In this document: in pieces, positions 61,099 to 64,000 of the stretch
Layout: the number at the start of each line of letters is the position of its first letter
Numbering within the stretch: the first letter of the stretch is position 1
Source of the DNA: an uncultured Clostridia bacterium
GTDB taxonomy: Bacteria; Bacillota; Clostridia; Christensenellales; CAG-138
Reading direction: 5' to 3'
DNA length: 64,000 bases
NCBI GenBank assembly: GCA_947166925.1
Contig: CAMVGD010000003.1
Coordinates: forward strand, 2,507-66,506
Position numbers and translations under genes: made by a program
Notes under the pieces: generated by a model
Databases searched by the model: none
What the model was told of the DNA's origin: nothing
Seen by the model: the letters and a program-made list of their open reading frames with translations, nothing else

Positions 61099-62922
61099 AT
61101 GAGTAAGATTATCGGTATTGACTTGGGCACCACCAATTCCTGCGTCGCGATCCTTGAGGGCGGCGATCCCGTCGTTATCCCCAACGCAGAAGGCGCAAGA
61201 ACCACCCCGTCCGTCGTTGCGTTCAAGGGCAGCGAGCGTCTGGTCGGCTCCATTGCAAAGCGTCAGGCGATCACGAACCCGGACCGGACCGTCTCCTCGA
61301 TCAAGCGTGAGATGGGCTCGTCCTACAAAGTGCACATCGACGATAAGGACTACACGCCGCAGGAGATCTCGGCGATGATCCTGCAGAAGCTGAAGCAGGA
61401 TGCGGAAGCGTACCTCGGCGAGACCGTCACGCAGGCGGTCATCACCGTGCCGGCATACTTCACCGACAGCCAGCGTCAGGCAACGAAGGACGCGGGCCGC
61501 ATCGCGGGGCTCGAAGTGCTTCGTATCATCAACGAGCCGACGGCAGCGTCGCTCGCATACGGTCTCGATAAGGAGACCAGCCAGAAGATCCTGGTCTACG
61601 ACCTCGGCGGCGGCACGTTCGACGTCTCGATCCTCGAGATCGGCGACGGCGTATTCGAAGTGCTTGCGACCGCGGGCAACAACCGCCTCGGCGGCGACGA
61701 CTTCGACCAGAGACTGATCGACTACATCGCGTCCGACTTCCTGCGCAACAACGGCATCGACCTCAGAAAGGACAAGATGGCGCTGCAGAGATTGAAGGAA
61801 GCGGCGGAGAAGGCAAAGATCGAGCTCTCCGGCATGACCCAGAGCAACGTGAACATTCCGTTCATCACGCAGGGTCCCGCCGGTCCGCTGCACCTCGACT
61901 GCACGATCACCCGCGCAAAGTTCAACGAGCTGACCGCGGACCTCGTCGACAAGACGCGCGTCTGCGTCCAGAAGGCGATGGCGGATGCAGGCCTTTCTAA
62001 CAGCGACATCAACAAGGTCATCCTCGTCGGCGGTTCGTCCCGTATCCCGGCGGTTCAGGAAATGGTCAAGAACATCACCGGCAAAGAGCCGTTCAAGGGC
62101 ATCAACCCCGATGAGTGCGTCGCGATCGGCGCAGCGATCCAGGGCGGCGTGCTCGGCGGCGAGGTCAAGGACATCCTGCTCCTCGACGTCACGCCTCTTT
62201 CGCTCGGCATCGAGACCGTCGGCGGCGTGTTCACGCGCCTCATCGAGCGCAACACGACGATTCCGACCAAAAAGAGCCAGATCTTCTCGACTGCGGCGGA
62301 CGGACAGACGAGCGTCGAAGTCCACGTGCTGCAGGGCGAGCGCGAGATGGCGCAGTACAACAAGAGCCTCGGCAGATTCCAGCTTGCGGGCATTGCGCCG
62401 GCGCCCCGCGGCGTTCCGCAGATCGAAGTCACGTTCGACATCGATGCAAACGGCATCGTGCACGTCTCCGCAAAGGACCTCGGCACGGGCAACCAGCAGC
62501 AGGTAACGATCACCGCGTCCACGAATCTCAACGAGGACGAGATCAAGAAGGCGGTCGCGGAAGCGGAGCGCTACGCGGCGGAGGATAAGCAGCGCAAGGA
62601 GGCGGCGGAGAACCGCAACCATGCGGATCAGCTCGTCTACACGACCGAGAAGACCCTGCGCGAGCTCGGCGACAAGATCGACGCGGGCGACAAGGCAAAG
62701 GTCGAAGCGGCGGTCGCAGACCTGAAGAAAGCGCTCGAAGGCACCGACGACGCGAAGATCAAGGAAGAAACCGAGAAGTGCACGAACGTGAGCTACGAGG
62801 TCTTCGGCAAGATCTATCAGCAGCAGGCGCAGCAGCAGCCGGGCGCGGAGCCGAATCCGAACGCCGGTCAGCAGCCGCCGAAGGACGACGTGGTCGATGC
62901 GGATTACACGGTCGTTGACTAA
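61099..62922 (+). CDS. dnaK: Molecular chaperone DnaK (Hsp70)
   Basis: [31 protein letters not shown]. Confidence 0.97.
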   Translation: MSKIIGIDLGTTNSCVAILEGGDPVVIPNAEGARTTPSVVAFKGSERLVGSIAKRQAITNPDRTVSSIKREMGSSYKVHIDDKDYTPQEISAMILQKLKQDAEAYLGETVTQAVITVPAYFTDSQRQATKDAGRIAGLEVLRIINEPTAASLAYGLDKETSQKILVYDLGGGTFDVSILEIGDGVFEVLATAGNNRLGGDDFDQRLIDYIASDFLRNNGIDLRKDKMALQRLKEAAEKAKIELSGMTQSNVNIPFITQGPAGPLHLDCTITRAKFNELTADLVDKTRVCVQKAMADAGLSNSDINKVILVGGSSRIPAVQEMVKNITGKEPFKGINPDECVAIGAAIQGGVLGGEVKDILLLDVTPLSLGIETVGGVFTRLIERNTTIPTKKSQIFSTAADGQTSVEVHVLQGEREMAQYNKSLGRFQLAGIAPAPRGVPQIEVTFDIDANGIVHVSAKDLGTGNQQQVTITASTNLNEDEIKKAVAEAERYAAEDKQRKEAAENRNHADQLVYTTEKTLRELGDKIDAGDKAKVEAAVADLKKALEGTDDAKIKEETEKCTNVSYEVFGKIYQQQAQQQPGAEPNPNAGQQPPKDDVVDADYTVVD

Positions 62923-62988
62923 AGGAAACACATTCTGATATGGAACGGATCGGGCAGGCGCGCGTCTGCCCGATCGTGAGGTAAAAAA

Positions 62989-64000
62989 GTGGAGAGCAAG
63001 AGAGATTACTACGAGGTGCTCGGGGTCGATAAGAGCGCCTCGGACGCGGACATCAAGAGCGCGTTCCGCAAAAAAGCAAAGACCTGTCACCCCGATCTGC
63101 ATCCCGGGGACGCCGCGAAGGAAGCGGAGTTCAAGGAGCTGAACGAGGCGTATGAGGTTCTGTCCGATCCCGAAAAGCGGGCGAAGTACGATCAGTTCGG
63201 GCACGCGGCGTTCGATCCGACGATGGGCGGCGGCAATCCGTTCACCGGCGCGACGGGCTTCGACGGCTTCGGCGACATCTTCAGCACGATCTTCGGCGGC
63301 TTCGGACAGCAGACGCAGAACCGCAACGCGCCGATGACCGGCGACGACATCCGCTACAACCTGACGCTGTCCTTTGAGGAAGCGGCGTTCGGCACGCAGA
63401 AGGAGATCAGCGTCACGCGCGAGGAGGTCTGCGACGTCTGCGGCGGAACCGGCGCCAAGCCCGGCACGCAGCCGCAGCGCTGTCAGACGTGCAAGGGAAC
63501 GGGGCAGGTGCGCATACAGCAGAATACGCTGTTCGGCGCAACGACGATCACCCGTCCGTGCTCCGCATGCCGCGGGACCGGCAAGATCATTTCCGAACCG
63601 TGCGCGGAGTGCCGCGGCAAGGGACGCGTCCGCAAGCTCAAGCGGCTGACGCTGAAGGTCCCTGCGGGCATCGACGACGGACAGACGATCAATATGCGCA
63701 ATGAGGGCGACGCCGGCTATAAGGGCGGTCCGCGCGGGAACCTGTATATCACGATCTCGGTCCGTCCGCATTCGCAGTTCATCCGCCGCGGAAGCGATCT
63801 TCTGCTCACCATGAGCATTCCGTATACGACCGCGGTGCTCGGCGGCGAGATCGTCGTGCCGACGCTCACGGGACAGATCAAGTACAATATCCCGGCGGGC
63901 ACGCAGATCGGAACGACGTTCCGTTTGAAGGAGCAGGGCGTTCAGCGCCTGCAGCAGCAGGGAAAGGGCGATCTCTTTGTCACGGTCAACGTCGAAGTCC
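62989..64000 (+). CDS. dnaJ: Molecular chaperone DnaJ, 3' end outside the window
   Basis: Hand-translated from GTG 62989 (RBS GAGGT): DYYEVLGVDKSA...HPD J-domain, Gly/Phe region, four CxxCxGxG zinc-finger repeats. Absent from the track because there is no stop in the window. Confidence 0.9.
   Translation, partial: MESKRDYYEVLGVDKSASDADIKSAFRKKAKTCHPDLHPGDAAKEAEFKELNEAYEVLSDPEKRAKYDQFGHAAFDPTMGGGNPFTGATGFDGFGDIFSTIFGGFGQQTQNRNAPMTGDDIRYNLTLSFEEAAFGTQKEISVTREEVCDVCGGTGAKPGTQPQRCQTCKGTGQVRIQQNTLFGATTITRPCSACRGTGKIISEPCAECRGKGRVRKLKRLTLKVPAGIDDGQTINMRNEGDAGYKGGPRGNLYITISVRPHSQFIRRGSDLLLTMSIPYTTAVLGGEIVVPTLTGQIKYNIPAGTQIGTTFRLKEQGVQRLQQQGKGDLFVTVNVEV

Noticed and set aside
60967-63771. 934-aa minus-strand ORF
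   Set aside because: It is antisense to dnaK and dnaJ, which are unambiguous. Shadow ORF.
1-64000. Prophage, transposon, integrative element, tRNA, rRNA or CRISPR content
   Set aside because: No integrase, transposase, recombinase, capsid, terminase or cas-like translations appear in any frame. No cloverleaf-like tRNA candidates were noticed in the intergenic regions. GC content looks uniform apart from short AT-rich promoter regions.

Overview
This is a high-GC (about 60%) chromosomal segment from a spore-forming Firmicute, by inference a Clostridia/Oscillospiraceae-like organism. The evidence is spoVAC/AD/AE, the lepA-hemW...hrcA-grpE-dnaK-dnaJ synteny, a CIRCE operator, sigma-A type promoters and many ECF-like sigma modules. 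I call about 64 protein-coding genes. I saw no rRNA, tRNA, CRISPR array, transposase or integrase.

**Housekeeping genes:**
- rplM-rpsI, alr, rsmD-coaD, lepA, hemW and the hrcA heat-shock operon.
- nfnAB-like oxidoreductase and a four-domain flavodiiron protein.
- Dihydropyrimidinase, followed by a MocA-like/guanine-deaminase fusion.

**Accessory-looking content:**
- A LUD / MazG-like / macro-like-TIR three-gene operon at 52459-54477. This is my best candidate for an undescribed NAD/ADP-ribose-based defence or signalling module.
- Four paralogous lipoproteins with a conserved post-lipobox motif and a PepSY-like C-terminus. Three are tandem at 18937-23439 and one sits behind a sigma/anti-sigma pair at 50792-52399.
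- Four ECF-type sigma modules. One pairs the sigma with a 52-aa coupled micro-ORF and a 405-aa cytoplasmic repeat protein.
- A LytTR two-component system divergent from a lipoprotein/FtsX/MFP/ATPase (YknXYZ-like) operon.
- A TraX-radical SAM pair.
- A two-domain surface protein tethered by PT-rich linkers to a transmembrane hairpin.
- A split spoVA locus.
- Two hairpin-dense non-coding islands, one carrying four phased TATATCAC repeats.

All functional calls come from reading motifs in the supplied translations. No database search was run. Many long ORFs in the track are antisense shadow ORFs typical of high-GC DNA, and I rejected them.
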